Source of the DNA: Candidatus Poribacteria bacterium
Lineage (GTDB): Bacteria > Poribacteria > WGA-4E > PCPOR2b
Direction of reading: 5' to 3'
Assembly (NCBI GenBank): GCA_965198175.1
Contig: OZ240245.1
Location: forward strand, 2,208,001-2,272,000
Length of the DNA: 64,000 nucleotides
The notes beneath the pieces were generated by a model. It was given only the letters and a program-made list of their open reading frames with translations, was not told where the DNA came from and searched no databases. Position numbers and translations under genes: made by a program. This document shows positions 30,471-42,284 of this stretch, piece by piece; position 1 is the first letter of the stretch, and each line of letters opens with the position of its first letter.

Positions 30471-31667
30471 TTGGGTAAATATAGTGCTTACCTTCCTGCG
30501 CTCCTGATGGATTTCTGTTTTAGCGCGATCTTCACGAATACCGCTTTCTATTCAAGTTATCTCCATCTCTCTTCAACCTTTTTGGGTACACTCACCGCAA
30601 TTAGCAGTGGCATTTACGTGATTCTTGTTATTCCCCTCGGCCGGCTCTCCGATCGAATTGAACGAACCTACAATCTCGCCGCGGGGTGCTTGTTACTTGC
30701 GGTCCTTAGCTTCGCACTTCCGTTCTGTTTCCGTAAGTTGCATCTAGCAATCGTCTTTCCGTGCGTCAGCATCAGCCAAGCGTTTTTTTGGCCCGCCTAC
30801 GAAGCGTGGCTTGCTGAACGAGGAAGTGATGGGCATCTGATTAAGCGGCTGCGGCTCTTCAATCTGTTTTGGAGTATTGGCATTACAGCCGGTCCAGTAA
30901 CTTCGAGTTACCTCTATCGGGGTTCTAATCCAGTTATTCCCTTCTACCTTGCCGGCGGTTTCAGCTTGCTCAACTGGTCGATGATTTTTTCCCATGCGAA
31001 GCTCCACAAAGGCGGTAAAAACGAGACAACGCCCACACCAAGTCCAAGAAGCACGTGGGTGACAACACAGCCACCACGCCCGTTACAGCACGTTTATTTG
31101 CAAATTGCGCGGATTGCTAATTTTGCATCATGGTTTTCCTTGGGCGTCTTGCGGCGCATTGCGCCAAAATTAACGCTAGAGATGGGCATCCCCGCAAGGA
31201 TGTTCGGAAATCTGATGCTGACCTTGGGTGGTGTGCAAACGCTCACGTTTCTTTGGTTCGGCACGGATTACTCGACGCGGTGGCATTACCGGTTATTTCC
31301 TCTGGTCTGTGTGCAATTTCTAGCAGTGATGGGGTTTGCGGGGATGTGGTGTTTGACGCACGCTGTCCTTTGGGCGCTTGCCTTTGCAACGATAGCTGTA
31401 TGCGCTGGGGTTACCTACTTTAGTAGCTTGTATTACAGTTTGCATGAGCAGAAAAACAAGGGTGACAAAAGCGGATGGCACGAAGCAATACTTGGGAGTG
31501 GAATCTTGTTTGGACCTTTTCTGGGTGGGATATTTGCGGATTCAGCCTTGGGAATCAAGAGCCCTTATCTGCTTTGTGCAGGTGTAATTACAATCTGCAT
31601 CTTCCTGGAAGGATTGAGTTGGGTGTGGGCAGGGAAGCACCGTAGCAAGTTGGACTTTACCGCTTAA
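30471..31667 (+). CDS. MFS transporter
   Basis: GRLSDRIER motif A; about 12 TM helices. Confidence 0.88.
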   Translation: MGKYSAYLPALLMDFCFSAIFTNTAFYSSYLHLSSTFLGTLTAISSGIYVILVIPLGRLSDRIERTYNLAAGCLLLAVLSFALPFCFRKLHLAIVFPCVSISQAFFWPAYEAWLAERGSDGHLIKRLRLFNLFWSIGITAGPVTSSYLYRGSNPVIPFYLAGGFSLLNWSMIFSHAKLHKGGKNETTPTPSPRSTWVTTQPPRPLQHVYLQIARIANFASWFSLGVLRRIAPKLTLEMGIPARMFGNLMLTLGGVQTLTFLWFGTDYSTRWHYRLFPLVCVQFLAVMGFAGMWCLTHAVLWALAFATIAVCAGVTYFSSLYYSLHEQKNKGDKSGWHEAILGSGILFGPFLGGIFADSALGIKSPYLLCAGVITICIFLEGLSWVWAGKHRSKLDFTA

Positions 31668-31716
31668 CGCATCAGTCGGAATTCCAGTGTCCCCCTTTGT
31701 CCTGCCACATATTCCC

Positions 31717-33963
31717 TTACTCCGACTGCATCTTCTGCATCTCATTGATCTGTTGACGCGCATAAGCGACGATAACACTTTTTGGATGATTATCAATTAG
31801 CGCAGAATATACCTGCATCGCTTTGCAAACGTCCTCCAGTTGCCAACGATAGATGTCGGCAATCTTTGCCTGTGCCTCCAGTGCGCGTGGACTCTCAGAA
31901 GTGACAACCTGCTGATACACTTCGATTGCGTTTGTATACTCGCCTTGTTTTAGATGAATATCTCCGGCTAACAATCTCAACTCATCAATGATAAGCGCCT
32001 GCGGATATAGGTTGATGATTTCCGCACACTGCTTTAATGCTTTTTCCGTTTGTCCGCTCAAGTATGTATGTAATGCTTTGACGTAACGCTTGAGTGGTTC
32101 GAGACTAAAATCTGAATTGGACTGGATTAGGACGATTCGATCCAGCGCATCGTTGCTCACGGGATGGGACGTGGCAACTTCCAGCAAACTATTGTACGTT
32201 GCAACTGCATCCTCAAAATGTTCCTGAAAAAGATATGAGTCGCCAATCAACCTTTGGGCTTCAGCCTTGAATATGCCATGCGTCTCGGCAATTGGATGCA
32301 GCATATTTTGAGCCAGCACATACTGTTCCTGTAGAATTTGGCATTCTGCCAAACGCAGTCGAACTTCCACCTGTTGAGCTGGTGTCAGAGGTTGATTGAC
32401 TAACGATTGGTAGGTGCGCATTGCCGCCTTAATATCACGGATACCATGCAGCCATACATGTCCTAACAGGATTTGTGTGGTTGCATCCTCATGTCGCTGT
32501 GTCATCTGGGTCAAAACGACAAGTGCATCCTGCCAGTGTCCCATCTGCTCGTAGAGCCGCGCCAACTTCATCCTTGAGGTCCAGGCCAAAAGACTATCGG
32601 GAAAAAGCGCAATAATCGCTTCGTAATAGTCACGGGCTTTTGGATGTTTTTGGCGTTCCAGAATATGTGCGTAGTTCTCTAAGAATCGTCCGCGATCCGG
32701 TGGATAAAGCTGTCGCATTCGGGTAAAGTTTTCAAGCGCTAAATCCAAACGCCCCTGATGAAAGTAAATCTCGCCCAATGCTAAAACTAGCTTCGGATTC
32801 TGAGGATTTTTCTGGAGATCCTCTTGTATGTGAGCAGCGATCTTCGCAAACAGATGTTCCCGTTGTTCCCCTTCATAAATTTCGGCGATGCTCTTAATAA
32901 GTGTGTCACGTCCACTATACCCAATATCGACTGCGTTCAACGCCCGTAGATAAGTGCTGATTGCATTATCGATTTGGTCTTGAATTTTGTACACATCAGC
33001 AAGCTTGGTATAGAGAGAAACGCTTTTTGGGTTGAGTTTCAGAGCGGTCTGATATGCTTGAATCGCCTCATCATACATCTGATGAGAAGTATAAATCTCA
33101 CCGAGTTGTTGGTATCGCTGGGATTGGTTCGGACCATTCGTGATGATTTTCGACCACTCGTGAATTGCTTGATTGTGCTCACCGCGTTCAGCGTGTAACT
33201 CGCCGATTTTTTTTATGAGGCTAGTATCATTCGCATTTCGCTCAAGGGCCGCATGGTAAAGGCTTAACGCTTCACTATGTTTCCCCTGTTGCCTGTAGAG
33301 GTCAGCTAGTTGCTCCATCAGATCTGTGTCGTCAGGGTTTTGTCGGAGATAATCCTGGAGTAGTTCATGTGCTTTGTCGTGTTGGTGTCGAGCGAGGTAT
33401 AGCCGAACGAGACTGTGCAGTGCACTGACATGGTAGACTGAATTCGGATAATCCTCCAGAAATTCGCGGAGATTTTGAATTGCCTTATCGTGCATGCCAC
33501 CTGAATTTAAATACTGGGCGATTAGATAACGCGCTATTTCTGCTACGGGAGTTTTCGGGTATTTTTCTACAAGTTGCTTGCAACTGCGGATTGCCTGTTT
33601 GTATTGATACCGTTGAATATAGAGATTCCCAATTTGGTGGACCGCTTGGCTCGCATATGAACCGCTTGGACTATCATCAATAATGGCACGGAAAGTTTGG
33701 GTGGCAAGGGCATCCTCACCTAGCTGAGCATAGCAGCGCGCCATATTCATGCGGATTGCATCTCTCGTGTTCTGACGCAGTGATGTTTTCAAGAGGGCCT
33801 GATACGACGTAATCGCCTCTGAATATTTCCGAGTGTAGAAGAGGTCGTGAGCAGACTGAACCGCCTCGACATCTTCTTGGACATCTTGATTTTGAGCAGA
33901 GATTGTCAGCGGAATTAGTACAGATAGGATAAATTGGGCGCAAATCAACAAACTTCGAGTCAA
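31717..33963 (-). CDS. Secreted TPR protein (BamD/CpoB-like TPR repeats)
   Basis: Signal peptide; many TPRs with YPxS motifs. Confidence 0.88.
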   Translation of the reverse strand: MTRSLLICAQFILSVLIPLTISAQNQDVQEDVEAVQSAHDLFYTRKYSEAITSYQALLKTSLRQNTRDAIRMNMARCYAQLGEDALATQTFRAIIDDSPSGSYASQAVHQIGNLYIQRYQYKQAIRSCKQLVEKYPKTPVAEIARYLIAQYLNSGGMHDKAIQNLREFLEDYPNSVYHVSALHSLVRLYLARHQHDKAHELLQDYLRQNPDDTDLMEQLADLYRQQGKHSEALSLYHAALERNANDTSLIKKIGELHAERGEHNQAIHEWSKIITNGPNQSQRYQQLGEIYTSHQMYDEAIQAYQTALKLNPKSVSLYTKLADVYKIQDQIDNAISTYLRALNAVDIGYSGRDTLIKSIAEIYEGEQREHLFAKIAAHIQEDLQKNPQNPKLVLALGEIYFHQGRLDLALENFTRMRQLYPPDRGRFLENYAHILERQKHPKARDYYEAIIALFPDSLLAWTSRMKLARLYEQMGHWQDALVVLTQMTQRHEDATTQILLGHVWLHGIRDIKAAMRTYQSLVNQPLTPAQQVEVRLRLAECQILQEQYVLAQNMLHPIAETHGIFKAEAQRLIGDSYLFQEHFEDAVATYNSLLEVATSHPVSNDALDRIVLIQSNSDFSLEPLKRYVKALHTYLSGQTEKALKQCAEIINLYPQALIIDELRLLAGDIHLKQGEYTNAIEVYQQVVTSESPRALEAQAKIADIYRWQLEDVCKAMQVYSALIDNHPKSVIVAYARQQINEMQKMQSE

Positions 33964-34072
33964 CGAATTCCTCCTTGAGTTGACATCTATTCCCGGCTGT
34001 TGAATAAAAATTCGGGGTCAATCCTGCTGAGATACAGCCGTTATGGAAAATTCCCTCTCAGAAAGCGATGTT

Positions 34073-35038
34073 TCATGTTCCACGTAGCAGTTTCAAAACC
34101 ATGACTTCTAAAGCCAACGTTGCGTTGACGTTGCGTTTGAGCAAATCCTTGGTTTCAAATATTGTTTTGATTGCTGTTTGCAATGTCATCCGTGAATAAC
34201 GTGGAGTCAGTTGTTTGAGGCTTTCCGCGTGATAGATATGAGTCAATGAATCAACCGAGGCACCCTGATGCAGCAGTAACAAATCTCGATACCAGGTTAC
34301 CAAGTGGTCAAGCGCTTCCTGATTCTGACTCAATTTCTCAGCAATCCGGAATGCCGCCAATCGATTGCTAGTTTCGATAATCTCCGGGATTTTTTCTTGA
34401 GAAATGTCTCCATCTCCTCGAAGTTGGGTCAACGCTTTGCCAACTGCGCCACTTGATTGGGTGGCAATCAAAATCGCTTTGCGTTCTTCAAGGTGGAATT
34501 GTTGAATCAGATATGCTGCAAGTTCAGGAATCGGAAGTGGATGGAAGTCAATAATCTGACAGCGGGATCGAATTGTTGGCAATAGCGCATTGAGATTTGT
34601 GGTAATCAGCACTAAAACCGATGCCCCTGGTGGTTCTTCGAGGGTTTTAAGTAAGCAGTTCGCCGCTTCCAGATTCATGCAATCTACTTCAGTTAAGATA
34701 TAGACTTTTCGCTTTCCCTCAAGCGGTTGGTAAACAATCCATTTTTGCAATTCGCGGATCTGATCTATCTTGATCCACGCGCCCGATGGATGGATCAGTT
34801 GCACATCTGGATGGTTCCCATTATCGATTTTACGACAAGACAAACAAGTGTTACACGATCCCTTTTCCGATGCCGTGCAGTTGATTGATTTCGCAAAATG
34901 GAGGGCGACAGTTTCTTTTCCGATATTTGCTGGTCCTGCGAAAAGATATGCCCCCGCTACGCGATTCGATTCAATGGCATGGAGTAACTGTTCGACAATC
35001 TGTTCGTGTCCGATGATAGGTTGTTCCATAAGCGGCAT
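34073..35038 (-). CDS. holB: DNA polymerase III subunit delta'
   Basis: AYLFAGPANIGKET, CxxCxxC, NHPD, AANCLLKTLEEPP, LPTIRSRC; next to tmk. Confidence 0.95.
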   Translation of the reverse strand: MPLMEQPIIGHEQIVEQLLHAIESNRVAGAYLFAGPANIGKETVALHFAKSINCTASEKGSCNTCLSCRKIDNGNHPDVQLIHPSGAWIKIDQIRELQKWIVYQPLEGKRKVYILTEVDCMNLEAANCLLKTLEEPPGASVLVLITTNLNALLPTIRSRCQIIDFHPLPIPELAAYLIQQFHLEERKAILIATQSSGAVGKALTQLRGDGDISQEKIPEIIETSNRLAAFRIAEKLSQNQEALDHLVTWYRDLLLLHQGASVDSLTHIYHAESLKQLTPRYSRMTLQTAIKTIFETKDLLKRNVNATLALEVMVLKLLRGT

Positions 35039-35055
35039 GTCAGTGGAACGTAATC

Positions 35056-35709
35056 TTACAGTTTACGTTCCATCCCCCTCGTTCGTAGTAGGTCATCCAC
35101 ATCTGACTTAATCAATTCATGTATACTATCCACGTTTGCCATGTCATCAATAATCTTAATGCGATCGGGTTCTTGGCTTGCGATAGCAAGATAGGCTTCC
35201 CGGACACGATTGTGAGATTTCAAATCTTCTAGATCTAAGCGATTCATTGCACTCTGTCTTTGTCGCACACGTTGCAAGCCGATTTCTACCGGCAAATCTA
35301 AGACAAAGGTGCAATCTGGTGACAAGCCATCTGTCGAAATCCGATTCAGATGACGAATCAAATCCAAATCCAATCCGCACCGATAGCCTTGATAGACAAC
35401 CGTTGAGTCCGAAAATCGATCGGAGATAACAATCTTCCCATCCTGCAGAGCGGGCAAGATAACCTCTGAGACATGTTGTGCTCGCGCAGCAGCAATCAGC
35501 AGCAACTCCGTCGTCGATACCATTTCATTGTGATTAGGATTCAGAAAGATATTGCGGATTTGCTCTGAGATGGGTGTCCCGCCCGGCTCACGTGTAACGC
35601 ATACGGTATAGCCTGCTTCCGTGAGAACCGCCGACAAACGTTGAGTTTGTGTCGTTTTCCCTGAACCCTCCACACCCTCAAATGTGATAAGAAGTCCGTG
35701 TTGCGCCAC
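35056..35709 (-). CDS. tmk: Thymidylate kinase
   Basis: ITFEGVEGSGKTT, TREPGGT, SDRFSDSTVVYQG. Confidence 0.96.
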   Translation of the reverse strand: MAQHGLLITFEGVEGSGKTTQTQRLSAVLTEAGYTVCVTREPGGTPISEQIRNIFLNPNHNEMVSTTELLLIAAARAQHVSEVILPALQDGKIVISDRFSDSTVVYQGYRCGLDLDLIRHLNRISTDGLSPDCTFVLDLPVEIGLQRVRQRQSAMNRLDLEDLKSHNRVREAYLAIASQEPDRIKIIDDMANVDSIHELIKSDVDDLLRTRGMERKL

Positions 35710-35997
35710 AGTTCCCTTAGTTTCTAATTTTGAATGATTGTGCAGAACTTGTAATTTGTCAGAATTTAGAACAGTGAGAAGGAGAGACGCTAAATTTTAC
35801 TTGCAATACTGTTGGCTGGCTTAATGGGGAAGATTGGGCTGAAAAGATTTAAGACTGACCCTATGTCGGCGACTATCTGAACAATCACCCGGCTGCGCCG
35901 TTTCGATCGGCGTAACGTGAATGGAGGTGGCTAGTTAACGTATATTCGTGGAGTGTGATGTTGGCGATTGATCAGTTGTCGATTCGGATTTTCGAAC

Positions 35998-36903
35998 CTA
36001 AAACTGTACCGATTTCTGGAGTTCAGAGAAGCGATGATTTATTTCTGAGTGCGTCAGGATGCGTTGACGATTTAGACTGAAATCTTCGACGTTGAATGAA
36101 GCGATGACCGTCCCATAGATCATGGCTTTGCGAATTGTCTCTTCCGTCGTATCACCGGTAGACGCTAGGTAGCCTAAGAATCCACCGGCAAAACAATCGC
36201 CGGCACCGGTTGGATCTGACACGCTTTCCAGCGGATAAGCCGGCGCGGAAAAGAAAGTGGAATCCGTCAAAGAAATCGCCCCGTGTTCACCCTTTTTGAT
36301 AATTACTCGATACGGTCCATAAGTGAGGATTGCCTTCGCTGCACGAATAAGATTGCTTTCCTCCGTTAAAAGACGGGCTTCACTATCGTTGATAATCAGT
36401 AAATCCACCTTGCTCAGGGTTTGCATAAGTGCATTGCGGCTGTCATTAATCCAGAGATTCATTGTATCGCAAACAATTAACTTTGCATTCGTTGTTTGCT
36501 GAAGGACGCTTAGCTGTAGTTCAGGATTGATATTCGCCAAAAAAACGTAGGGGGTATTTTTATAACTCGCTGGCAACTTCGGATTAAAGTCGCCATAGAC
36601 ATTCAAATTTGTGAACAGTGTCATTGCTGCGTTGAGATCGTCAGTATAACGCCCGCCCCAACGGAAAGTTCTGCCGCCTTGAATCTGCTCCAATCCCTCT
36701 ATATCAATTCCGCGTGTTTCAAGTAAGTGTAGATGTTCCTGAGGGAAATCATCACCGATAACCGCAACCAAGCGAATTGCATTGTAGAAGAAACTCGCTG
36801 CCATAGAAAAATAGACTGCCGATCCGCCGAGTGCGTTTTGGACATGACCGACGGATGTTTCAACTGAATCCAATCCAACCGATCCAACTACGAGAATACT
36901 CAT
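35998..36903 (-). CDS. PfkB/ribokinase-family carbohydrate or nucleoside kinase
   Basis: VVGSVGLD, LGGSA, DPTGAGDCFAGGF. Confidence 0.92.
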   Translation of the reverse strand: MSILVVGSVGLDSVETSVGHVQNALGGSAVYFSMAASFFYNAIRLVAVIGDDFPQEHLHLLETRGIDIEGLEQIQGGRTFRWGGRYTDDLNAAMTLFTNLNVYGDFNPKLPASYKNTPYVFLANINPELQLSVLQQTTNAKLIVCDTMNLWINDSRNALMQTLSKVDLLIINDSEARLLTEESNLIRAAKAILTYGPYRVIIKKGEHGAISLTDSTFFSAPAYPLESVSDPTGAGDCFAGGFLGYLASTGDTTEETIRKAMIYGTVIASFNVEDFSLNRQRILTHSEINHRFSELQKSVQF

Positions 36904-36984
36904 CAATCAACCTCTGAAATCGGCTTGGTACTTTGTTTATAACTTCTAAGTGTACGGAAGCCTCGAAATCCTGAAAGGGAAAGT

Positions 36985-37203
36985 TCATCGACGGTTTTTG
37001 TTGCGCGGTGCATACACGACGCGACGAACACGCCGAACGAGGATAACCACGAGAATCACCAACAAAACGCCCTGGAAGATTTGACCCCACTTAGATATGC
37101 TCTCAGGTAATCGTGACGGATCGGATTGCAACAACCAGATTGGCAACAGTAAAATCGCTGCCAGAAGCAGTGTAATACTTTCCCATAGCTCTGATTTCTT
37201 CAA
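36985..37203 (-). CDS. Small two-TM hypothetical membrane protein
   Basis: Two hydrophobic helices and a basic C-terminus; same strand as the surrounding operon. Confidence 0.65.
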   Translation of the reverse strand: MKKSELWESITLLLAAILLLPIWLLQSDPSRLPESISKWGQIFQGVLLVILVVILVRRVRRVVYAPRNKNRR

Positions 37204-37246
37204 CGATTGATACCCTTTCTCGCAAGTTATACTCTTGACTCCATTT

Positions 37247-38509
37247 TCAAGTGCCCATTGTCCAGGAATTGAGATATACTTGCTGCTCTTTTGTCAACTC
37301 ATCAATTGCAACCCCGATTGCTTGCAATTTCATTTGGGCGACGGAAGCATCGAGTTTCGGCGGGACGAGATAAACTCGGTTTTCCATTTGCGAACCGTTC
37401 TTGACAATGTGCTCGGCAGACAAAGCCTGATTAGCAAAACTCATATCCATGACACTCGCGGGATGACCTTCAGCCGAGGTTAGATTGATTAAGCGTCCTT
37501 CACCAAGCAGATAGAGCTTACGCCCATCCTTTAAAGTATATTCCTCGACAAACTCACGCGCAGTTCTCACCTCGACGCTAAAATCTTTAAGTGCGGGGAT
37601 ATCAATCTCAACGTTGAAGTGTCCCGAGTTACAAATAATCGCACCATCCTTCATTACCTCAAAATGTTCTCGGCGTAGTACGTGAATATCTCCTGTCAGT
37701 GTAACAACGAGATCTGCCTCCACAGCCGCGTCAATCATCGGCATGACGCGGAAACCATCCATGACCGCTTCTAATGCACTCAATGGATCAACCTCTGTGA
37801 CAATGACGTTCGCTCCTAGTCCGCGCACCCTGTTAGCAAACCCACGTCCACACCAACCGTACCCAACAACAACGACGGTTGTTCCAGCGATTAACAAATT
37901 GGTCGCTCGCATAATTCCGTCCAACGTGCTTTGACCTGTGCCGTAACGATTGTCGAAGAAGTGTTTGGTCTTGGCGTCATTGACGGCGATGATCGGATAA
38001 CGAAGAACACCTTCGGCAGCCATGCTTTTGAGCCGGATCACCCCAGTTGTCGTTTCCTCTGTTCCCGCAATCACCTTTTCGACATAAGCGGAATTCGTGT
38101 TTTCTGAATGGAGTTGAGAAACCAAATCGGCGCCATCATCCATCGTGATTAACGGCTGAAAATTTACGGCTGCATCAAGATGTTGGTAGTAGGTTTCATT
38201 GTCCTCGCCTTTAATTGCAAAGACAGATATACCCTCATGTGTGACGAGCGATGCAGCGACATCATCTTGGGTGCTCAAAGGGTTTGAGGCGCACAGAGCA
38301 ATTTCTGCACCACCGGCTTTCAAAGCCCGCATGAGGTTAGCGGTCTCTGTTGTGACATGCAAACAAGCAGAAAGTCGAACCCCGTCCAATGGACGTTCCG
38401 TAGCAAACCGCTCACGGATTAAACGGACAACCGGCATAAAGCGTTCCGCCCAATCAATCCTCCGCTTCCCTTCGGCTGCAAGATTTACGTTTCTGATATC
38501 GAAATTCAT
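37247..38509 (-). CDS. ahcY: Adenosylhomocysteinase
   Basis: [48 protein letters not shown]; start after SD ggagg. Confidence 0.97.
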   Translation of the reverse strand: MNFDIRNVNLAAEGKRRIDWAERFMPVVRLIRERFATERPLDGVRLSACLHVTTETANLMRALKAGGAEIALCASNPLSTQDDVAASLVTHEGISVFAIKGEDNETYYQHLDAAVNFQPLITMDDGADLVSQLHSENTNSAYVEKVIAGTEETTTGVIRLKSMAAEGVLRYPIIAVNDAKTKHFFDNRYGTGQSTLDGIMRATNLLIAGTTVVVVGYGWCGRGFANRVRGLGANVIVTEVDPLSALEAVMDGFRVMPMIDAAVEADLVVTLTGDIHVLRREHFEVMKDGAIICNSGHFNVEIDIPALKDFSVEVRTAREFVEEYTLKDGRKLYLLGEGRLINLTSAEGHPASVMDMSFANQALSAEHIVKNGSQMENRVYLVPPKLDASVAQMKLQAIGVAIDELTKEQQVYLNSWTMGT

Positions 38510-38519
38510 TTCCCCTCCA

Positions 38520-39665
38520 TTAGACTCCAACCTCAGATCTGAGTAACTCGGTATAATCGGTCAATTCCCATGTGAAACCGGCTTCTTCGCGTCCGAAATG
38601 TCCATAAGCCGCCGTCTTAAAGTAAATTGGTTCACGTAGATTCAGACGTTCGATGATTCCAGCCGGCGTTAAATCGAAATGTCTTCTCACAAGCTCCGTA
38701 AAATGTTCATCCGGCTTTTTGCCGCTGCCGAAAGTATCAACCATGACCGAAATTGGTTCGACAACTCCAATGGCGTAAGAGATTTGGACTTCACATCGAT
38801 CTGCAAGGCATGCTGCAACGATATTTTTCGCAACATGCCGGGCAGCGTAGCAAGCGCTTCGATCGACTTTCGTTGGATCTTTGCCAGAAAACGCACCACC
38901 ACCGTGGCGTCCCATACCGCCGTAGGTGTCTGCAATAATCTTTCGTCCCGTTAAACCTGCGTCTCCCTGCGGGCCGCCGACGACGAATCGTCCCGTTGGA
39001 TTAACATGGATCTGCATGTCCGCGCCGCGTAGTTGCGGCGGAATCACATGGTGGATAACTTCTCTAACAATGTCGTCTTTCAACTCACAGCGCTCAACAT
39101 CTGGGTGGTGCTGGGCGGAAATGACAACGGTGTGGACATACTCAGGCTTCCCATCAATATACTGAACCGTGACTTGCGACTTTCCATCAGGACGTAGAAA
39201 GCTGAGTATACCTTCATTGCGAACTTCCGCCAATCGTCGCGTCAGTTTATGAGCCAACATGATTGGCATCGGCATCAATTCCGGGGTTTCATTGCAAGCA
39301 TAGCCAAACACCATGCCTTGATCGCCTGCGCCGAGTTGATTGACCCCCATCGCAATATCAGGGGACTGCTCATCAATTGCTGTCAGCACTGCACAGTGCT
39401 CGGAGTCAAACCCGTAATCGGCTTGGCTATAACCAATCTTCCGGATGACTTCTCGGGCGATTGAGGGGATATCAATGTAACTGTGAGAGGTGATTTCACC
39501 TGTGATGAGTGCAAGCCCCGTTGTTACCAAGGTCTCGCATGCAACGCGTCCCTCTGGATCTTCAGCCATAATTGCATCGAGCACTGCATCAGAAATCTGA
39601 TCTGCAATTTTGTCAGGATGTCCTTCAGTTACAGATTCTGATGTGAATAAAAAATTTGAGTTCAA
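38520..39665 (-). CDS. metK: S-adenosylmethionine synthetase
   Basis: [46 protein letters not shown] start after SD aggag. Confidence 0.97.
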   Translation of the reverse strand: MNSNFLFTSESVTEGHPDKIADQISDAVLDAIMAEDPEGRVACETLVTTGLALITGEITSHSYIDIPSIAREVIRKIGYSQADYGFDSEHCAVLTAIDEQSPDIAMGVNQLGAGDQGMVFGYACNETPELMPMPIMLAHKLTRRLAEVRNEGILSFLRPDGKSQVTVQYIDGKPEYVHTVVISAQHHPDVERCELKDDIVREVIHHVIPPQLRGADMQIHVNPTGRFVVGGPQGDAGLTGRKIIADTYGGMGRHGGGAFSGKDPTKVDRSACYAARHVAKNIVAACLADRCEVQISYAIGVVEPISVMVDTFGSGKKPDEHFTELVRRHFDLTPAGIIERLNLREPIYFKTAAYGHFGREEAGFTWELTDYTELLRSEVGV

Positions 39666-40256
39666 TTGATTGCTCCTAACCAAATTAGTGGATAGATGTC
39701 TTTTGCATCTTTTCTCCATGAATCGTCTATCTATTTTACACGCTACACTTCCTCTGGTCTTCAACAATAATCGTGTTGTAGATTGGCATGGCTCCCGTTA
39801 GCGTGCCCCAACCAACTTAATTGAATGTTTAGATTTCATCAATGCTGTTCGCCGAAATTCTCTGAAGATTAATCAGTGACTCAGCAAGTTGGGTTATCTA
39901 GGGTCTGGGATAACCGGCACAAAACCACCCGTCCTATCTGCCTAGATCTGAATCTGAAAACGGTAATCGACTTAGATCGAACTCTTCAGGAATGAGAACA
40001 ACTTAGCAGAACAGATGTTTGCCTAAATCCGCGCCAATAATCGGGAGGGAAGTCAGCGGTAAGATTAATATGGAAAGGTATAAAAGCAGCCTTCATTAAC
40101 AATGCTATCATCGCTGGACGCGCAATACAATCGTTTTTATTTCTTACGATATAGGTTCGCACATTGCAGGAAAATTCGCTCTCCTACACAACACGCATTC
40201 AGTTCACACAATCGTAGTAGTTAAGGATTTGGTGGTCACGTATCATTCCGGTTCTG

Positions 40257-42284
40257 TCAATTCTCAGAACTAGACTTATCGAGCTCTTCTCTGAGCAGGA
40301 CACCCAATGTCGTGGTCGGCTCCTCGGTTTCCTTGGGTTCCTCCGGTTCGTGCTGTTGCTGATATTGCGTTACCGTTGCACGTTCTTGCTCCGCGCGTGC
40401 TGCTTTTAGGCTCAGACCGATGCGGCGTTCCGTTGCATCAAGATGAATTACTTTCAGGTCTAGTACCTCGCCGATCGAAACAATATCTTCAGGTTTTTCG
40501 ATTCGATGGTTAGCAAGTTCGGAAATGTGAATCAATCCCTCAATGCCATCTTCAAGCTTCGCGAAAGCGCCGAAATTCGTCAAATTCACAATTTCGCCGC
40601 GTACGTTTGAATCAATTTTGTACTTTTCGGGTACCTGCAACCACGGATCTGGTTCATTCTGCTTAAGGCCTAATGAAACTTTTTGCTCCGCTGGATCTAT
40701 ACTTAAAACCATGACTTCAACTTCATCACCTTCCCTGAGAATCTCACGCGGGTGTACATCTCGTTTGACCCAAGAGAGATCTGTAGTATGAATCAGACCA
40801 TCAACCTCATCTTCAATTTCAACAAAGGCGCCAAAATCTGTCAGGTTTCTCACACGACCAAGAATCTTTGTGCCAATCGGATACTTGGTTTCTAAGAGCT
40901 CCCATGGATTAGACTGGAGTTGCTTTAAGCCAAGGGAGATTCTTTTACTCGCTCTATCAATTTCGAGGACAACTGCCTCAACATTGTCCTCTTTACTGAA
41001 GATTCTCGAAGGTGCAACATTTCGTTTGGTCCAGGACATTTCCGACACATGGATGAGCCCTTCGACCCCTTCTTCGAGCTCTAAGAATGCACCATAGTTG
41101 ACAATATTGACAACTCGCCCTTGAACCGTAGATTCAACCGGGAATTTCTCTTCAACTGTGAGCCATGGATCTGTGGTTTTCTGTTTCAATCCGAGCGAAA
41201 TTTTTTCGCCTTGGTGGTCAATGTCAGTAATCTTCACTTCAATTTCATCGCCAATCGCAACCATTTCAGAGGGGTGATTCACTCTGCTCCACGACATATC
41301 TGTTTTGTGGAGCAATCCATCAATGCCGCCGAGATCGACAAAAGCACCGAAGGACGTAATATTCTTAACTACCCCGGATCGAATCTGTCCAATTTCAAGC
41401 GAGTTCAGCAACTCTGCCTTTTGCGCCGCCAATTCTTCTTCAAGAAGTATACGGCGTGACAAGACAATGTTGCGCCGACGCCTGCTGACCTTAACCACTT
41501 TCATCTCAAGCGTCGTCCCAATGTATTTCCCAAAATTCTGAACAGGGCGTAATTCAATCTGCGAAGCTGGAAGAAACGCACGTAATTTGCCAACCTCGAC
41601 CCGAAGTCCGCCTTTGATGTGTTCTACAACTTTGCCTTCAACGGGCTGCTTTTCTTCGTGGGCTTTGGCGATTTCATCCCAGACAATCTTTTGGTCAGCA
41701 AATTGTTTGGATAAGACGATTTGACCTTCAGCGTCTTCTCTACGGACGATGTAGACATCGATCTCATCGCCAACGCACACAGATGGCAGACCTTCTTCCC
41801 CAATCCCAAATTCTGATGTAGGAATATAACCCTCGGATTTAAAACCGATATCAACCATAATCTCGTCACGATTGACATCGACAACGGTCCCTTTAACGAC
41901 TTCCCCTTCTGTGAAGGCTTTGAGAGAATTATCATACGCTTCTTCAAGCGATTCCATATCCGCAATTTCAGCGTCGGATGCGTCTCTGTCCGCATCCTTG
42001 GACGTTTCTGCCTCCACAAGTTCGATAGAAGGAGGATTGTCAGTTGTTGTAGTAGTTTCGTTGAATTCGTTTCCCTCCGAAGTGTGATCCTCTGCATCGC
42101 TTTCTACAGATGCTTCTTCACTTGCTTGTATGGTTTCTTGCTCAATCGTTTGATCGGTAGAACAACCAGCCTCTTGGTTTTCTACCCCTTCTGACTGCTC
42201 CTGAACTTCAGTCGTGATTACCTCTTCCACTTCAACCGTGGATTTATCAGCATCTACCTGCTCGTTTTTTGAATCATCATTCAT
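40257..42284 (-). CDS. rpsA: 30S ribosomal protein S1 with acidic N-terminal extension
   Basis: Six S1 domains (DIGFKSEG; repeated FGAFV...GLIHxS). Confidence 0.96.
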   Translation of the reverse strand: MNDDSKNEQVDADKSTVEVEEVITTEVQEQSEGVENQEAGCSTDQTIEQETIQASEEASVESDAEDHTSEGNEFNETTTTTDNPPSIELVEAETSKDADRDASDAEIADMESLEEAYDNSLKAFTEGEVVKGTVVDVNRDEIMVDIGFKSEGYIPTSEFGIGEEGLPSVCVGDEIDVYIVRREDAEGQIVLSKQFADQKIVWDEIAKAHEEKQPVEGKVVEHIKGGLRVEVGKLRAFLPASQIELRPVQNFGKYIGTTLEMKVVKVSRRRRNIVLSRRILLEEELAAQKAELLNSLEIGQIRSGVVKNITSFGAFVDLGGIDGLLHKTDMSWSRVNHPSEMVAIGDEIEVKITDIDHQGEKISLGLKQKTTDPWLTVEEKFPVESTVQGRVVNIVNYGAFLELEEGVEGLIHVSEMSWTKRNVAPSRIFSKEDNVEAVVLEIDRASKRISLGLKQLQSNPWELLETKYPIGTKILGRVRNLTDFGAFVEIEDEVDGLIHTTDLSWVKRDVHPREILREGDEVEVMVLSIDPAEQKVSLGLKQNEPDPWLQVPEKYKIDSNVRGEIVNLTNFGAFAKLEDGIEGLIHISELANHRIEKPEDIVSIGEVLDLKVIHLDATERRIGLSLKAARAEQERATVTQYQQQHEPEEPKETEEPTTTLGVLLREELDKSSSEN

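Noticed and set aside
39666..40256. SAM/SAH riboswitch upstream of metK
   Set aside because: The intergenic region is long, but I found no SAM-I core (ATC..GAG...GA.GGA..GGCCC...GCAACC...GTGC) or SAH motif on the minus strand
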